From positions 1,798,001-1,862,000 of the forward strand of contig JBHGNT010000015.1 of the NCBI GenBank assembly GCA_043228905.1: a DNA stretch of 64,000 nt, read 5' to 3'. Within the stretch, counting starts at the first letter, position 1. Every line of letters starts with the position of its first letter. The DNA is from Azolla caroliniana. Its lineage: Eukaryota > Plantae > Polypodiophyta. Positions 12,207 through 25,895 of this stretch are shown here, one piece after another. The position numbers were made by a program, and so were the translations under genes. Under the pieces are notes generated by a model, which was not told where the DNA came from, searched no databases, and saw only the letters and a program-made list of their open reading frames with translations.

Positions 12207-15200
12207 CATACTGACCACAGACTACAGCCATCAAGTTCTCCCATAACTCAAACAACACATCTCAGAGATGAATGTCTACCCCATCATAAAGTAGGTTACA
12301 TCGATATTTCCATAATACCCATAATGTTATTGTGGACACAGTTTTCCAAATTTGGACAGATCGCACCTACTTTCGAGGTTGCTGGAAGGGCCTTACTAAT
12401 ATCAATCTTCTATTATGTATTGTCATTGCCTCATGAACATCGTTTGCCTCATACAACATTAAACCGGAGTGTAATACTCCCCACATCGCTAATCCCCATG
12501 AGAATAAGCAACCTACATTTATTGTTAGGAATAAAGACACGACTTTCTTCCATACTTGTTGAGCAAAAGAACAAGACCATAAGACATTATTGGTAGTCTC
12601 TTGAGGTTCATGGCAAATGGCACATTGCCGCAAATTGGGTGTCACATTCCCTTTCAATGCATGACCAACTGGTAGAGCCATATGCACTAGAATAACCATC
12701 GAAAGAGAATAAATTTAGTTGGCCCCTTGAATGACCATATCCATTTCCAATAGGTTCTCAAATGCAAAGTGGAAACACCCCAATTGATCCAATGTTTCTG
12801 AGTTGCTGGTATCTTTACATTCTGAGAGAGCAGTAATGATCTTCCAAGTTTTACTGAGTACTCTGAAAAAAGGGGACCTTTACGATTCTTTTCCCCCAAG
12901 GAGTGTGACCAAAGCCAACCCCATGGATCCCATGTTAATCTTGCAACAAGTTCTTTTGAATATAACCACATGATATCACACATATGAGCAATTGATGGAT
13001 AAGGATCAAGGATCCATTTCTTTCCGGTTTTAGCAACCACTCTAACTGGTGCACTTCGTAAGTCCTGTAGATAATTGCAATCAAAGGTATAAGATTGCAA
13101 TCTATTGTTGTCTAGGACCTGAAAATACGACATGTGCCCATTAGGTGAAACACCCTTAATAGCCATCAATATATCATTTGTGACGCATCCAAACCATAGA
13201 TGTTCCTGCCTCGGTTGGAAGGTTGTTAAAAATGAAGAATATGTTACTGATAAGGTTGCCGTCATTATCTTGGCACCATGAACTGATTGTAGATGTACAA
13301 GTCGATCTTCTTGTGACATTTGTTGAAACTGTGTTCACGTTCTTACAGATGCAGCTAGCCCATTATCCAATTTACCCCAAGCAAGGTGAGGACGCATGCC
13401 CAATACTTTTCCTGCATTATCCCAAAATAGAGAATTGCCAAGCATAGGTTGATTAAGTAATGCATACCAAGTAGAAGGTTTGTCCTTTAGCAATAATGAT
13501 TTAATTGCATCCCATGCTCTTATGATTCTTAGCAAAAATCTATTGGATGCAAGATTTCTCCTTGGTGTTTTCATGTCATTCAAGAACAACCACTTTAAAG
13601 AGGGTGACCATACTCCTGTCTTAGGAGTTAATTGCATTAACTGATTTAAAAACATTCCTTTCCACGCTTCTGATCCTGGCAACAAACCTCTGATAACAAA
13701 CTTAGTCAAGAGAGCTCTTGACTGCATCAAAGGATCTATCAAACCCAACCCTCCATTAATTTTAGGTTGAATCAACCATTCCACGCAACTTTGGCTACTT
13801 TCGGAGAGCCATGTTTTCCCCCCCAAAGGAAATTCCGGATCAAGCTTTGCAATTTTGTCATTGCTGATCTAGAAAATAGCCACACATATGTTATAAACCA
13901 CATTGATGCCAATAGTATTGTATTTGCTACTACAACGCAACCCGCAAAAGACAATTGTTGGGCATCCCAATACATTAATTTATGTTTTATTGATAATAGC
14001 AATGGAGATAGCATTACTTATGGCCTTAAATCTATTCCAACCATACATCCTAAATATCGAACTGGCTCACCACGATGAAGCCATCGGAAAGCATGACCTG
14101 GATACCACTCAGGATGATTTTTTGCACCAACTGAAAGGCCAACTGACTTAGTCCAGTTAAGTGATGCACCTGTAGCATCTGAGAAAACTTGCAAAGCATT
14201 TTGTACCCGATCGAGATTACTGATCTCCCCATCAACATAGAGGGCTATATCATCTACAAATTCAACATCCAGTACAGTGGATTGTGTAATAGGTAATACT
14301 AATCCTTTGATACCAGTAGTTGATGATCTTAGGTAGGAGGACAAAGCTTCCCCAAACAAGATAAAAAGAAATGGGGCAAGAGGGCATCCTTGCCTCACAG
14401 ACCTGGATATAGGAAATAGTGTCTCGTATTCTCTAGTAAACAAAATAGAACTAGAAGCATGCCTATAAAGGGATGAAACACCTTTTATCCATGCGGCTGG
14501 AAAACCTAATCTCGATAGCACTGCCTCAAGAAAGTCCCAATCCACTTTATCATATGCCTTTTCAAAGTCAAGCAATAATACTGCAAGTTGTTGTTTATGT
14601 TGCTGAGCTAATGCAACCATTTCCCAGTACAAAAAGATATTATAAAAAATACTTCTATCTTGTAGGAAGCCACATTGTGTATCATGAATAATAGACAACA
14701 ATATAGGTCGTAGTCTAACTGCAATAGTTTTTGCCACTATCTTATACACAACATTAAGCAATGTTATTGGTCGCCACTTGGAGACTTCATCACATTGAGC
14801 ATCCGATTTAGGAATCATATATATGATCCCTTCTGTCCATTCCTCAGGCATATTACCCGTTGAGAATATTAAATTAACTACTCTAGTAATGAGAGAACCA
14901 ATAGAATCCCAATAATGCAAATAAAAGCCAATTCCTATTCCATCTTTTCCGAGACAAACATCTTTACCTAAGGATTTAGCCGCAACAAATACCTCTTGAG
15001 ATGTAAACAGTTGTAATAATTGAGAGGCCATTACATCTATAACCTTATGTTCAATAGTTGCAAGAACAACTTGTCGCTTATACAAATTATCTGTCGTAAA
15101 AGATTCAGCCAACAATAAGTTCTGATAATAATCCGAGACTATACTTCGCATCTCAGAGCCGTATGATGTATAGGATCCATCAAGCCGCTTCAAAGAAGTA

Positions 15201-15689
15201 ATAGAAAGAGGTCTAGCTTTTCGTTTAAATTGATTAAAGAATTCCTCATTGACCCGATCTTGCCTTTGCGACCAACGAGCAACATTACGATGATAAAAGA
15301 AACTTGAGCGTGCTTCCTGTTTTTCCTTTAGACTGATTTTTACTTGCTGCAAATCACGACATAATATAGATGAAGTTGGATACCTTTCCAAAAGTTGTTG
15401 TAATGTTGCCAAAGCATGACGCAAGTTAGCAATCTCTGAATCGCAGTGATAAATTGATGTTGAAACTATTTCTGTGAATAGAATCATTGTATCGAGTATG
15501 GCATGAGTCATATTGCTAAGCAAACAGTCATCAGAGAAATTGTATTTTGACCATATTTGTATGATTGACGTCCGATGATTATCCTCAAATAACATTGCAG
15601 GAGGGATACGCACCTGTAACTTCAGAGGGTCGTGGTTAGAGATAGCTGATCCTGGAATAATTCCTATGGATCCACTTGCTTCCTAAACA
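12030..15689 (-). pseudogene. LINE ORF2 (reverse transcriptase) with frameshifts
   Basis: WRPITLLNVVYKIVAK, LLLDFEKAYDKVDWDFL, VRQGCPLAPFLF, EFVDD, VRYLG, GGLGLID, CAICHEPQETTNNVLWSC; split across at least five ORFs. Confidence 0.92.
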
Positions 15690-16416
15690 AGAAATGTAGA
15701 ATTTTGTTATTACTCTAGAAGTCAAGCATTGATCATGGACATTCCTTGATGATCGCATTGCAAAGCAAACCTCAAGAACTAATATCAAAATCATTACCAT
15801 GCACATATAAACACTTCTTATGACTCTCGAATAATAATTTCCATGTGATGAATGTGGTAGATCATCAAATTCATAGGTACTCAAAAACCTAAAGGTTGTC
15901 AACATCCGATATGCCTTTACTGTGTTACAAATTTATAAACATAGCCCAAAAGTCTTGCCTCTTGTCGAAATTATTTAACAAGGATTAAAGAGTAAAAGGT
16001 TGTACATTATTTCAAGAACATATCACATATAAGGGAACTCGTCAAGAATATTTATAAGTGAAATAAGCTATCGTAAACTAATTTATGTACATTTGATTTT
16101 CGAGGTCTAACATGGCAAACCAACTTGTTGTAATAACCTATAAACCCATGACACACGATATGAAAGTAAACAAAGGAGAAACAATAGAAAACATAATTTC
16201 ATTTCTGCAAGCCATCAACACAATGAGGGTATATGGGTGACTCGGGCATCATTTACACTTGTTGACGTTAAGTTAGAAGAGCTCATTGGCTCTACCATAC
16301 AAACAAGAATCGAGTACCAGTTGTACCCGATGAACACGAGTCATGAGAACTTTCGTCCAACATATCAAATTATAAGATGCCATGTTTGGACGTTGGTAAG
16401 CGAAAGAGATGTGGCC

Positions 16417-16504
16417 GTTGAAAAGGGAGGGGCACCTATATCCAATATCAAGTTAGTGCAGTTGAAAAGGGAGGAGCACCTATAGCCAATATCAAGTTAG
16501 TGCA
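16417..16504. repeat. 44-bp tandem duplication
   Basis: GTTGAAAAGGGAGG(G/A)GCACCTATA(T/G)CCAATATCAAGTTAGTGCA twice. Confidence 0.9.
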
Positions 16505-16873
16505 AGAGGGAGGGGGACTATTTGTGACTCAAAGATGTTGCAATTGTCTTGGCATTAGACAAAGGGGCTTAAAAAGTTAAAAGTTGGGGGTTGCAAGGGT
16601 TTTTTTTTCTTGTGACCGAGTGAATGAGTGCCAACCGATTGGCCCATTTGTTTGTTTGTTTTTTTCCTTTACTCGTGACAAGAGAAGGAGTGTGGCATCG
16701 AAGCATGTTTTGACGAGTGGAGAGGTGTTACATTGATATGACACCTAAACCCTAGACCCCCTAAACCGGGGCTAGGGAGAGAGAGAGAGAGAGCATGGCC
16801 CCATGGGCTCTTACTCTTGCTATTGCACTTAGTCTTAAGTCTTTGCTTTTTACTCTTGCTCTTGTTCTAGCTG

Positions 16874-16904
<31 letters not shown>

Positions 16905-17005
16905 AAAATAAATTAAATATGATATACTAAAGGAGAGAGGATTACATAATGTGGTGATAAAAAATCCTAATAAGAAAAGGGAAGAGAGATTTTATTTATT
17001 TTTCT

Positions 17006-18949
17006 TCAGAGGCGGAGGCTGTGCCCTAGCTTGGGCCGCTTCTCGGCCTGCGGTGGTGGGGGCCAGCTGGCGCCGGCGAATCTGGGCCCTTGGTCGGCGG
17101 CCACCGCATCCGACGGCTCGCATTTCTCGTGGCCGGACATAACGGCCGCAGTAGTGTCAGTGGTCGCCGCCGCCGCCGCCGCAGCCCGCCGCTCCTCCTT
17201 CTTGTATCGTATCCCGCATGCATTGCACAGTGACTGCCAAATAAAATAAAAATCACCAGATATTCAAAAAAGAAGAAGAAATGAGTAGCTTAAAAAAAAA
17301 AAACCCCAAAAAGAATAAATCCAGAAAAACAAAAAACCAAAGAACAAAATGATTCTGCTTTCTGCTTTCTGCCTTTTCTGTGCTTTTCATAGCCCTTTTG
17401 CCAAGAATAATTATAGCTCTTTTTACCAAACCTTCAACTTTGGATACATTCCAAAAAAAAGTGCGTCCTTCCCCCCTTTCTGTTCCCCATGCAAAATCTA
17501 TCAGGAGGTTTCCATCGGACCAATGCCAGGGGGGTCCTTCCGACCAATGCCTTATAATCTCGATCATGCCCACAATGTCTCCGCCCCGACAGGACACCTT
17601 CGATTCGAACTATAGCATTTTTACGAGCGATCCCCATCTGCCTCTAACCAATGTTCATATTTCGTTACTCGACCATCATCAATGCAGGGGTGAAATGTCC
17701 CTTGCGATCTTATGGACAACCTATCGATCGATGCCTTACAAAATGTCCCTCGCGATCTTACGGACAACCTAACGATCCGTGGCAAAATGTCCGCCCCTCC
17801 AAAAGAATTGGCTTCCCTCTTTGGCATTGTTTAGTGCAATGTGCAAAATAAGGAGCTTTTTACTTAGATGGACACATTCATATTAAAGCCTTATGTTTGC
17901 AGGTAGAGATTTTGCCTTACGGTTTTATTAATACATTGTGGATTGCCATAGATCTCTCTTTCTCTCTTACCTTGGGACCTTGGGGACCATTCCTCCACAA
18001 GGGCGTCCGCATTGTTTTACACTGGGCGCAGATACGTATCACGAAGTTGGACGGCGACGGATTGCCGGCCGGGCCGGGGTTCGGGGGACCGTCCCGAGGA
18101 GGCGGGGTGTGAATTGGAGCCGGGGACGAGAAATTGATGGGAGGCAGCGTAGGAAAGCCCCCTAGCACGCTGAGCATGTGATCCCGATGGCGTTGGGCCC
18201 ACGGAAAGGCGGCGGCGGGCCGTGGCGGCGCCGCCGTTTTGGCTTCCCTCGTGAAGGCGCTGGAGAACATTCCCGGCGGCGGTATCACTCCCGTCGCACG
18301 TGACGCCGTGGCTCCGCCGCCGCCGCCACGTGACGTCGGCTGCTGCCGGGCCCGGTGCTCATACGACGCCTGGACAAGAGTAACGAATTTTTCAAACACT
18401 GCCGAAGAGATTCATATGTCGAGCAATGATTAAAAGAAAGCAGAAAAAGCAGAAAGCTGAAAGCAGAAAGCAGAAACTGGCCTGCGTGCTCTGCTGCCAT
18501 TGCCTGCAGACGCTGCTCAGGACGGGCCTCTGCTGTGATTTCGCCCTGCCACGTGCCGCCACCGCATCCCGCCACGTGGACTGCGGCGACCGTACCCTCA
18601 TCGGCTCCGGCTCCGGCTCCGGCTCTTCGCCCGCCGCCGATCGCCCTGTCCCCAGGTGGAGCGTGCAGTCCACGTCCGCGTCCATCGCCACGGACCTTGC
18701 GGAGCTCTCCTCAATGCATCGTAGGAAGTCGTATTCGCGTAGCTCTCTGCACATCATCGGTTCAGAAAGAGAGGACGATGATGATGATGATGATGATGAT
18801 GATGAAGACGAAGACGAGGATGATGAAGGTTCTGCTGCTATAATGGTCGATTCAGCAGAGCAATGGTTATGATGGGAGCTCGAATTACAGGAGTTGCGGA
18901 ACATGGAGTAATCGAGAGGGCACCTGAGGTGACAAGAATTCATGCGCAT
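17006..18949 (-). CDS. B-class GATA transcription factor with HAN domain (HANABA TARANU/GATA18-like), 3 coding exons
   Basis: Exons 18949-18482 (poly-Ser, HAN motif DVDCTLHLGT), 18369-17971 (CAQCKTMRTPLWRNGPQGPK), 17233-17006 (SLCNACGIRYKKEERR...stop). The C-x2-C-x18-C-x2-C finger is joined by a GT-AG phase-0 intron. Intron 1 borders and the start ATG are less certain. Confidence 0.9.
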
Positions 18950-19210
18950 CTGAGCGGGATTGAAAATATATACATATACGTATATAGACAAACACAAACA
19001 CACACAGAGAGAGAAAGAAGATCGATATATATATTATATATATAAGAGTTAGAAGAATAAGCAGAAGTTATGGTGAGCAGAGAAGAGGAAGAAGGCTTGG
19101 CTGCAAAGATGAAAGAAAAGAGGAGACGCAGAGAGAGAACTTTAGCCAAAACTGGAGGAGGTAGAGCAGGTTTAATTGCGCATGATTATTCTGATATGAT
19201 CATTGCGATT

Positions 19211-19241
<31 letters not shown>

Positions 19242-20558
19242 GTTTGATTATGATGATGATGATGGGCGGGAGTGAAGGGAGGCGCTAGATTCGACGTAGA
19301 AAAAGAGGGCTATTTCTCATAGATTTTGAAGCAGGCCTACGGTATACGGTCTACTGATACGGTTACAGACCGGGGCGGAGACGTATACGTATAATTCATA
19401 CAACGACCTTTTTATCCTGTATATACATACATATATATGGGAAGTAAAAACAATATATATAAATAATATCAGTTGTTATTATTATGATTATTATGATTGA
19501 GTATTTGTTTTTTTTTTAAAACAAATGTCTGATCGCATTATTGGATTTGTTTTTTAATTTAAGTTTTATTTATTTGCAGCATTTGTGGACAAAGCAATAC
19601 GGCACGTGCGAGATGAGTGTCGTAATGTCAGAGAGACAGAGAGAGAGAAAGAGAAGACGTATAAAGGGCGGCGCTGCTGCCCCGCTCGCACCCGCAATAA
19701 AATAATTAATTAAAATTAAAATTAAAAAAAAGTATTGCTTTTTAAAATAAAATAAGAAAAAATAGAAGAATAAGAATTATTTTTTAAAAAAGAGTCTTTC
19801 TACTTGACTTAATTCATTAATTAATTAACGAAAAAAACAAAAAACAACTAATACTACTTCAAATTTCCTCTACAACAAAATCTCATAAATATAAATTATA
19901 TACATACATATGTATGTATTAGTTAAATCCAACAACCACCCAAAATTAAACATAAAACAAATTCAAATAAAAAGGAATTAATTAATATTTATATAAAACA
20001 TAAATAAATAAATAAATACGTTACTACTAAGTCACCCCCCCCCCCCCCCCATTTTTATTAATTAATAATGGGAAGGAAGAAGGAGGAGGAGGTGAGTTAT
20101 CGCTGCCTTTCCATTGTGTGGTAAAAAACAAAGAAGGTTTCCTCTTTTAGGTGTTATTATATAGATAGGGTTCAAAGCTAGCTAGCTACTAGCTCTATAC
20201 ATAATACATCCATCCTTACATACTCATCCACATATACATACATTTTATACGTATATTTGGTATGATCTAACAATCCCTAGGCCCTATATGTACATACATG
20301 TATGTCATCCTTCTATAGTATATATATACGTATGTATGTATGTAGATTGTACACCCACCTTGTTTTCCTCCTTCTTATTTTTTATCCCTCCATAAAAATA
20401 CACATACATCAAAGCAGTAATGATTGCCCAAACAAAAGAACAAAAATAAAACTTCATGAAATATTTTGTACATTCATGTCACCATGAGGTAAACTTATGG
20501 CCCCCTCCCCCCCCATCCCTTCCCCTAGGTGGATCTCACCCAATATCTAGGTTGGGTG

Positions 20559-20601
<43 letters not shown>

Positions 20602-23600
20602 GATTTATGAGCACTTTACTCCGGGCTGCCCCATTAAATGAGTCGCCTTCTACAAGAATGCCGATGAGGTGCCTCCACATGTGAGTGGGCTTGCTAAAGC
20701 GTCCTATCGAGCATTTCCCCCCTTAGTTTGATCGATCTCTTCGAACAAGCAAACAATTATAAGGATGTATATTGCTTCGTGCTTGTATGCCACATTGGCC
20801 TCTTTGCTAAACCTTTTATGATGATGTATATTGTTTTTCTCTCATAGGCCATGTTCACCTCACTTCTTGCTTTGTCTTTCCAAACACATTGTTGCGATTA
20901 GTAGATGCACTATGTCGATGTGAACCTTCCTTCTCTTGCAAATGAGATTGGTGATCAATTGGTCGTATTGCATTGGCATTACAACGCCATTGTTACAAAA
21001 CATGAAGTCTTTGTTGGGGCAAAGACCACTTATGAAATGAATAAGATGAATCGTGCTAGTTTCAATCCAAATATGCCAAAAGACAATTGTGCTCGTTTAT
21101 AGAGATTTTTAATATTTTTAACACAATAATTGTACACGGTTTTGAATCTTTGTATGGATTAAGACACGTTTGGAGGTCAACCCAACATTATGTCTCTTTT
21201 AGTTTAATGTTTCCGTTATCTAGAACTCATGTAATATCCCTTGGATGTTATGAGAGTTGTCATATCACACTCAATTCCACAAGATTGTGCACAGAATCAA
21301 CCACTCAAGGGTTTAAGTTGTTAGCATGTAGATGGACATGCACCTTACAACCTAATTTAGCTAAAAGAAACTAACAAATTTTTATTGATAAATTGCTACT
21401 CCAATAGTCATAATATAGATTTTTATCAGACTATTTTGAAGCCGTGCAATTGACGACAATTTTTCAACATCCATCATGTACCTTCACATGCTCGAGGTTA
21501 TTACACCATATTGTTGCAATACTGACAATCAATATTGTACTCGTTCATGTGAAATAATGATTGACCTTAGTGCCCTTTGTAATGTTGAATCGACAATCAA
21601 CATGGTAATTCTACGTATGAGACAATGATTGAGGTGGGTGCACAGTACTATTGCATCACCAATAAAGATTATTGGTGCACGACATTGCGCCCATAATGGC
21701 TTGCTCTAGTTTCCACATCTAGAATGTACCTTTGATGATCGATTGCATTGTATAACATTGTTGCACCCAATATGAAGATTGTAATGTTGCACAATTCTGA
21801 TAAGCATTCTAGTTATTATGGGTATATGGGTGTGTGTTTCATTCAACGCCGATCCTCATTAAGTTTATTTTTATTGTTCATAGTTTATTGCAAGCTAGTA
21901 ACTTGTGTTAAATTCACCAACGATGGTTCTCGTTAGTATGCCCATGAAGAGTGTGCAAATGTACGTCAAAATGCTCGATATAAATTGAAACATGCATAAT
22001 ATACGAGTTACATGAAAATGATATGTAGTCTATCTCTTTTCCATTGAGATCGTATCTAGCACTTTTACAAGTTGGTTCAATAAGAATAGAAAATTAATGT
22101 TAAGCGATCGTGTACCGATGTGTAAAAGCTGATAACCTTTATGTTCGTTCCTATATTGTTTGTACCATATCTATTCACACATCCAATGTTATTATCGGCC
22201 ACACTATTGCGATGATTAGTAGGGATAAACCTTATAAAACACTTTTTTCAAAGAGTTGGCATTCAATACTACAATGTGAAGGAAACCCTTTGTGCCATGT
22301 TTGGCCATGCCATTTCATGACAAACTCAAATCTCTCAAGAATGAGGAACAATGACACATATGAGGATATGCCTCAATATCCAAAGTGCTGCACGGAGAAA
22401 AACAAGATGTGAGTTATATTATTGAAAAAGCATGCAGGGGGTTTCGAAACTCGCGAAGGATTGTTAGAAAGACTATAAGACCAATGACGAACCTGCATAT
22501 AAACCAAAACCCACAGCAGAATTGTGGAGGAATCATTGTAATCCTGAGGGGGCAGGAGGAACATCGGCAAACCGTACAAAGAAGAAAAAAGAGGCACGAT
22601 CGAGCGGCAATAAAAACAATGGGGGGGGGGTTGAGAAAAATAGCAATGAGACGACGAGATCCGAAAGGAGTGTTCATCACGAGGGGAGAAACAATGAGGT
22701 GGACCAAGGGAAGCCTGGCCTAGATCCAAGCAAGAATGTCCGGACGAAACATAAAAGAGAAGAAACCTCTCAGTTTTTTGTTTTGGTTTGGTTTGGTTTT
22801 CTTGTGGGGGGTGGGGCAAAAGGTCTAGAAAATAAAAAGGAGGCCCAACATCGGATCACAAACGTCCAATCCACGCTGACGTGGAGCCATCTGGTTTTTT
22901 TAATTTCTTTTGTTTATATTGTTTTTAAAAATTGATTTTGTTTTTTGTTTTTTTTTTCTGACAGGTTTTTTTTTTTTCTTTTATGGTTTTGGCCGGGCAG
23001 CCGTAAAGTAAGACTGCCACATCGGCCTTGGAATGCGGAGCCAATTAGGGCCACAGTTCTGCCAGATCAGCATTGGAATATGCGCACCCTTGTGGGCCCC
23101 ACCCAGACAAAAAAAAACCAGGCGTTACCTGCCACGCTGGCACACGCCCCCATGCTGAGCTGGCACTCCAGATCGCCCCTCCACCCATTCTTCCTTTTTG
23201 CCTTTTTCAATTCGTTTTCTACATAAATGCGATTTAGGTGTTTAAAACTAAAATAAAATGAGAGAAACTTAGAAGAGAGCAAAGAAGAAGCAAAAACTCC
23301 TCTCCTCCATGCTCTTGTGTTGTAAGGGTTGTTTCACATGCGCAACATAATACCGATATTATTGTGTTGTGCCAGTGAAGATTGTCATGGGGGTTGTTTT
23401 GGTGGAAGAATAGGTGGAAAACGAGGAATCGAACTAGTGTCCCCACCTCCTCGTTAAGGTTGATTCCATGCCCCCCCCCCCCTCCCCATATATATATATA
23501 TATGCCCTGAATCGGTTCTAATGCATGAATTCACATTAATGCGACGTATTTGACATTGCTTCCGCAAGGAATGATCCGAGCTAGAAAGAACTTTCCGCCA

Positions 23601-25434
23601 TTGTATGAGTGAATTCAATATGATTTTGCCAGATTTATGATCGATTGCATGGGAGGAATGTTGCAAGGGTAGAAAAGGTTTAAATCGGCATCGCCAAATT
23701 TCTTCAGGACTCCATATGGTCAATAAATGGATGTAATTTAAGGTTTCAGTTGGAATAAAATGAAAAGAGAGTGCAATTTGTTTATAATTAGCGTGGATTT
23801 TTTTGTAACCAAGACATTGTTATGTTGGAATACATTGGGAGCAACACTTTGTTATGTTGTAAACAAGACACTAGGAGGCTAGAGCTTATTATTTTTCTCT
23901 AGGAGGCAAGAGCTAATTTGCATTTGCGAAGTTGAAAGTAGTTGTCGTCTTCACTAGTAAGAAGTCGGCATTTTTTAGATGGATGGGCATGGCATGCAAG
24001 CATTTAGTGAGATTGCCAAAGGCGATAAACTAACCTCTAGGAAAAAGACTTAAGGGAGGATAACATTTTTCATAGTTTGTGGTAGTTTATCGTGTGTGCA
24101 ATGCAATACGAAATGTTCCAAAAGATCTAGAATGATACATATTGTTTATGTAGAATTTCCAATGTTAGGAATTTACATTTTTTTCCCAATATCCTAGTAC
24201 CAATGCTCTTGCATCCGTGCAATGTAGACTCCAACATGTTATTGCTTCTTTTTGGGTATGATTCCTATGGTTTTTCATTACTCTAAAACATTATAGGCCC
24301 ACTTGCATTTACTTCCATACCATCTTAATTAGGTTATGGATTCAATGCCGTCGTTTAGATCTTGAATCCAATCAATTTTACTCCCTCCACCCCTCCACTT
24401 TTAACAAAAGAAATCACCTTTGTTGTTGTCGAGTTAAATTTCTTATTCATGTTATGAGAACCTAACAGAGCATGATGGTTCATGGATGCCAAAGGGTGTT
24501 GAATTATAGCTCAACATTAACCAAAAAAGTAGTGTATCTAATAAAAAACTCACATGAGCGGTATAATCTCAACACTAATATCGAAAAGCCGTTTGCTATT
24601 TCAAGAAGGATTCAATAACAAGGGAAGAGCTTATTTGCAGAGTAACTAACTCAGTGTATTTACGAACGATGTAATGCCTCCTATCGAGATCACAATAACA
24701 AGGGACTTAACTAACACTTTATTTATGAACAATGCATGCTTCGTAATGTGGTCGTATATTTCTTGAAAGATTTGTTTCGAGGCAAATGACATCGACGCAA
24801 TCTAACCGAGGGTACGAAGACAATCTTTGGGCATAGAGAGCATGGGATATTTACGATACATCGATCCCCTCCCCCCCTCCCCCCCCTCCCCCCTCAATCT
24901 CCATACTATCACCATACTATCTATATGCATATATTTACGATGCATCGGTGTCCCACTATAAAAACCAAGCTTGAAGCCGAGCACACGCAAAAACATATAT
25001 GTCTACGGTACATCCGCGAGGGGGTATTGGCAAGAGAGGTTAGGCAAGCTATGTGTGTGTATGATGATACCAATGGGTATAAGCGAGTGTGTGGAGATGG
25101 TTAATGCACAAATACATAGTGAGAGGAGGAGGCCTTTCTCTCTCTCTCTCTCTATGTATGTATGTATGTATTTATATTTATATGTATACATATACAGATA
25201 TGATATACATATATACTTACTTAGTCATATCAGAACTAGTGGGCCCAATGAGAAATGGTCAGTAAATCCGAAAAGCAGAAGAAGAATGAAGAATGAAGAA
25301 GGTGAAGGGAAAAAAAAACAGTATGGAGGCGAATTTGTGTGGGGGGGGGGGTGACGTCATGGCGCGCGATTTAATTAATTAATGAGAGGGCAGGTGTCAT
25401 TTTCACGTCCGCCATGCGGATTTTTGGGCTCCTC

Positions 25435-25549
25435 TGACGTTGACGTTGACGTCAACTTCGACGTTGACGTCAACTTCGACGTTGACGTCTGCCGTTTTGA
25501 CGTGGACGTGCGGGCATTTTTTTGTTGACGTCGGCGGGTTCTCTCACGT
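25435..25549. promoter_or_regulatory. Dense ACGT/TGACGT (C-box/as-1-like) cluster
   Basis: 11 ACGT cores in 115 bp, including a repeated 18-mer GACGTTGACGTCAACTTC containing the palindrome GTTGACGTCAAC. Function is inferred only. Confidence 0.45.
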
Positions 25550-25634
25550 TCACATTTAATTGCCCCCCATGAGGGAAAAACGCAAAAAGCGAAAGAAAGA
25601 AAACAAAAATGTAACTATGTTTTTTTTCCCTCAT

Positions 25635-25895
25635 ATGTATGTATGTATTTATGCATGAATTTGTGTGTGTGTGTGTGTGTGTGTGTAAATATGTATATAT
25701 GCATCTATTTGTGTATGTATGTATGTATGTATGTATCATGTATGTATGTATCCATATAAGTATATATGTATGTATGTATTAGTGTGTGTACGTACGTAAT
25801 GTATGTATATATGTATGTATGTATTAGTGTATGTAGGTACATACGTACGTAATGTATGTATATATGTATGCATGCATGTGTGTGTGTGTGTGTGT
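25635..25895. repeat. Compound (TATG)n/(TG)n microsatellite
   Basis: Read directly. Confidence 0.9.

Larger units (their letters stand above)
11649..15689 (-). mobile_element. 5'-truncated L1-clade LINE with A-rich tail and 10-bp TSD
   Basis: TSD AGAAATGTAG at 11639-11648 and 15690-15699; (TAAAAA)n tail at 11649-11672; ORF2 with the end of the endonuclease (ISNHDP), RT and a C-terminal cysteine motif. Confidence 0.95.

Noticed and set aside
19070-19288. Poly-Met ORF, and similar ORFs at 25470-26094, 45788-46108 and 56698-56925
   Set aside because: Translations of microsatellites.
20640-24800. Possible decayed transposon coding remnants (also 10204-11640 and 41000-45500)
   Set aside because: No motif could be recognised confidently by eye; needs a repeat-library search.
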